Of a stretch of 64,000 nt of DNA, positions 61,843-64,000 are shown piece by piece. Source of the stretch: Podarcis bocagei. Lineage: Eukaryota. Made by a program: the position numbers and the translations under genes. The notes beneath the pieces are model-generated. The model was given only the letters and a program-made list of their open reading frames with translations, made no database searches and was not told the origin of the DNA. The stretch lies in the NCBI GenBank assembly GCA_964188305.1, contig OZ076885.1; one strand, given 5' to 3'. The first letter of the stretch is position 1. The number at the start of each line of letters is the position of its first letter.

Positions 61843-62604
61843 GCACCCTCTCTGTTCCCAAAACTATTGCATCACTTCAAGTGGTCCTTTGGGCTTGGAT
61901 GCTATATCAGCTGTGATTTCTTTGCCAGTAGCTGAGGTTATGTGAAGCCCATTCAATCCCATGTTGTTTGGCTTCCTTTCCCCACTACCCCCTCCCCCCG
62001 CTCCAGTGTTTTGTGACGCTTCCAAGAAATTATTTGGGACTAGTTTTTTTACCCCTTTTTTCTTTTCACAAGCAATCTATGTCTGGACATGGAGCTGGAA
62101 GCTTTTGCAGACATCATTTGAGCTTCTCAGAGCTTGGCTTACAGAAAATCTTGCATTTTATAACCAGATCCAGAACAGAAGCAGATACTCCATAAATCAC
62201 TTTAATGGCCAAGCTGCACATTTTAACTATTTATTTTTAGTCTTGCTTGCTCTGGGATGAGAAAACTTTGAATGTGTATGGCACTGTCACACCTATGTAT
62301 CCTGCCAAGTGGAACCCCTCCCCTTGTTCTTAAAAGTTGATGTCATACAAAAACTGGCCATTTTTAGCAGTAAGGCTGAGAAAGTGTATTCACCTCCAGC
62401 CCTCTTAAAATCCCAATCATCTACGAGTTTTATGCATCCTGTAAGTGTAGACGGAGGATGAGAAGCGGGGCACTTTCACCTGATCCAACACCCCTTTAAG
62501 CCCAGCACATAGGGGGTTTGGGTTGAAGCCCAAATATCCCTCTTCCCCCTACCACCAGAGGGGTCTATAAAAGACTGCATAGGGAGTCTGGGTAAAAAAG
62601 AGGT

Positions 62605-62730
62605 CAATCAGGGCCCCTGCGCCTTTTGATACGTGGACGAGGGAATTTTCGTAGGTGTAGCTTGTCATGCAAGCTAAACTGTCTAAAATTCCCTCTTCTG
62701 CACAACTATTAAAGGTGCGGGAATCCAATA
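62605..62730. mobile_element. Small palindromic MITE-like element
   Basis: Nested inverted pairs cctgcgcctttt / aaaggtgcggg and gagggaatttt / aaaattccctc. Confidence 0.45.
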
Positions 62731-63001
62731 TTTTCTTTTTCTATTCACCTGCAATAGGTAGGGGCTATGAAAGATCTAGATGCATTTGAGTGGAAGTCTT
62801 TCCACAGCCCTCTGGGATCTGTATGTTCACACAATTACAATCAGTGTAATAAAACTAGGAATATTAAAAAACACACACATTCCTATTGATTAACTGGAAG
62901 CAGGCACACCCTGGGAATATTTATTGAGAGGCATGTCCAAATATTAATAAGCATCCTAAATCATCATGTAATGTATAATTTTCTTTCTGTTTGCATTACA
63001 G

Positions 63002-63143
63002 ATAATGCCGGTGAGGAGAATCCCATGCAAAGCCAATGCACCACCTGGATCCTTTTTTGCACGGGACAATACAGCAAATTTCTTATCCTGGTGCAGAGAT
63101 GTGGGAGTAGACGATACTTGTCTATTTGAATCTGAAGGTTTGG
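63002..63143 (+). CDS. GAS2: GAS2 third coding exon (calponin-homology domain); gene continues beyond window
   Basis: ttctttctgtttgcattacag acceptor; encodes [47 protein letters not shown]; donor GTATGT at 63144; 142 nt, phase 0 start. Confidence 0.97.
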
Positions 63144-64000
63144 GTATGTGTCAACTCCTGCACATCACAATATCCACTGTACTTATATCGAAGTGTCAGT
63201 CATGTCCCTAGTGATTATCACTGGGGGCAGAATCAAATCAAGCTGTCTTTGAAATCATGACGCACCACTGAGTCACGTTTTTTAACAGAACGTTCTAGGC
63301 CATAGCTGCTTATTTGTTTTAAAATACTGCATTCAAAATATTACAGACACTGCCTTCTATTAAATGTGGTATTACTCTGAGTTGGGATGAAAATGAAAAT
63401 GAAGGATGTTTTGTGGAATTTCAAGAGAAAACCTGTTCTAGTTTAATTTCAACCACAGTCAGTTAATTCTGCGCTGCAATATTATGGATGCTTATCTTGT
63501 GAAAGTCAGTTTCACCACACACAATGGAACTTCTGTCTTGAATGCATACAGAACACCCAGTGCCATATTGATGGCTGCAGCAGGTCATGGATATTTTGAT
63601 GTCAATAGTCACTAATCAGGATATTAGGGAGCAAGCATAACTCCACACTGTAACTGAATGAAGGGCCTTAGGCAATGCTTAGGCTGCTCAAAACCTCCTG
63701 GCATGCTAGCAGAGAGCTCCACCTGTGGCAATGCACAGCGAATGACAGCAGGGCATGTTGGGTGTGGGAATGGATGAACCACATCAATTTCCCCTTTGTT
63801 TCCCTGACAAAATGGCACAACTTTATTTCAGCCCTGGGGCTAGTGTAGTTAATTCCCTCCCGCTACTGTGAGTTGGTAGGAAAGAAGAGAGGAACTGAGC
63901 GCCCAAACCTCCTGCCCTATCCTCAGTGAATCTGCACAGTGCGTGTGACAGCTGGGCCATAGGCAGATCTCTTTTCCTCTTTGACTTTGCTAGTAGATGT

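Overview
Vertebrate genomic DNA. The Sauria/Squam-type SINEs and L2/CR1 tails point to a squamate, most likely a lacertid lizard (inference). The only host gene I can support is GAS2 (growth arrest-specific 2) on the + strand. It has a CpG-island promoter region (~4.4-7.1 kb), candidate non-coding first exons, and three coding exons (26616-26757, 35476-35600, 63002-63143) that splice in phase and encode the N-terminal calponin-homology region; the gene continues past the window. The rest is 5' flank and intron crowded with transposable elements: L1, L2, CR1, RTE, SINEs, a solo LTR, and many hAT, Tc1-mariner and Harbinger non-autonomous elements, many with intact TIRs and target-site duplications. 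The most interesting signals are: (1) young non-autonomous hAT elements carrying captured GC-rich host DNA (Pack-TIR-like), including one holding a 5'UTR plus start codon that resembles RANBP9, and one family whose three copies share termini but carry unrelated cargo; (2) a Tc2-type element whose interior has grown into hairpin-built tandem arrays (3 x 230 bp and 15 x 106 bp); (3) a 2.4-kb multiply-deleted L1 with a full 5' end, inserted in a hAT MITE; (4) two CR1-tailed SINEs with different tRNA heads; and (5) two triple-nested insertions. Family names come from recalled consensus motifs, not database searches.
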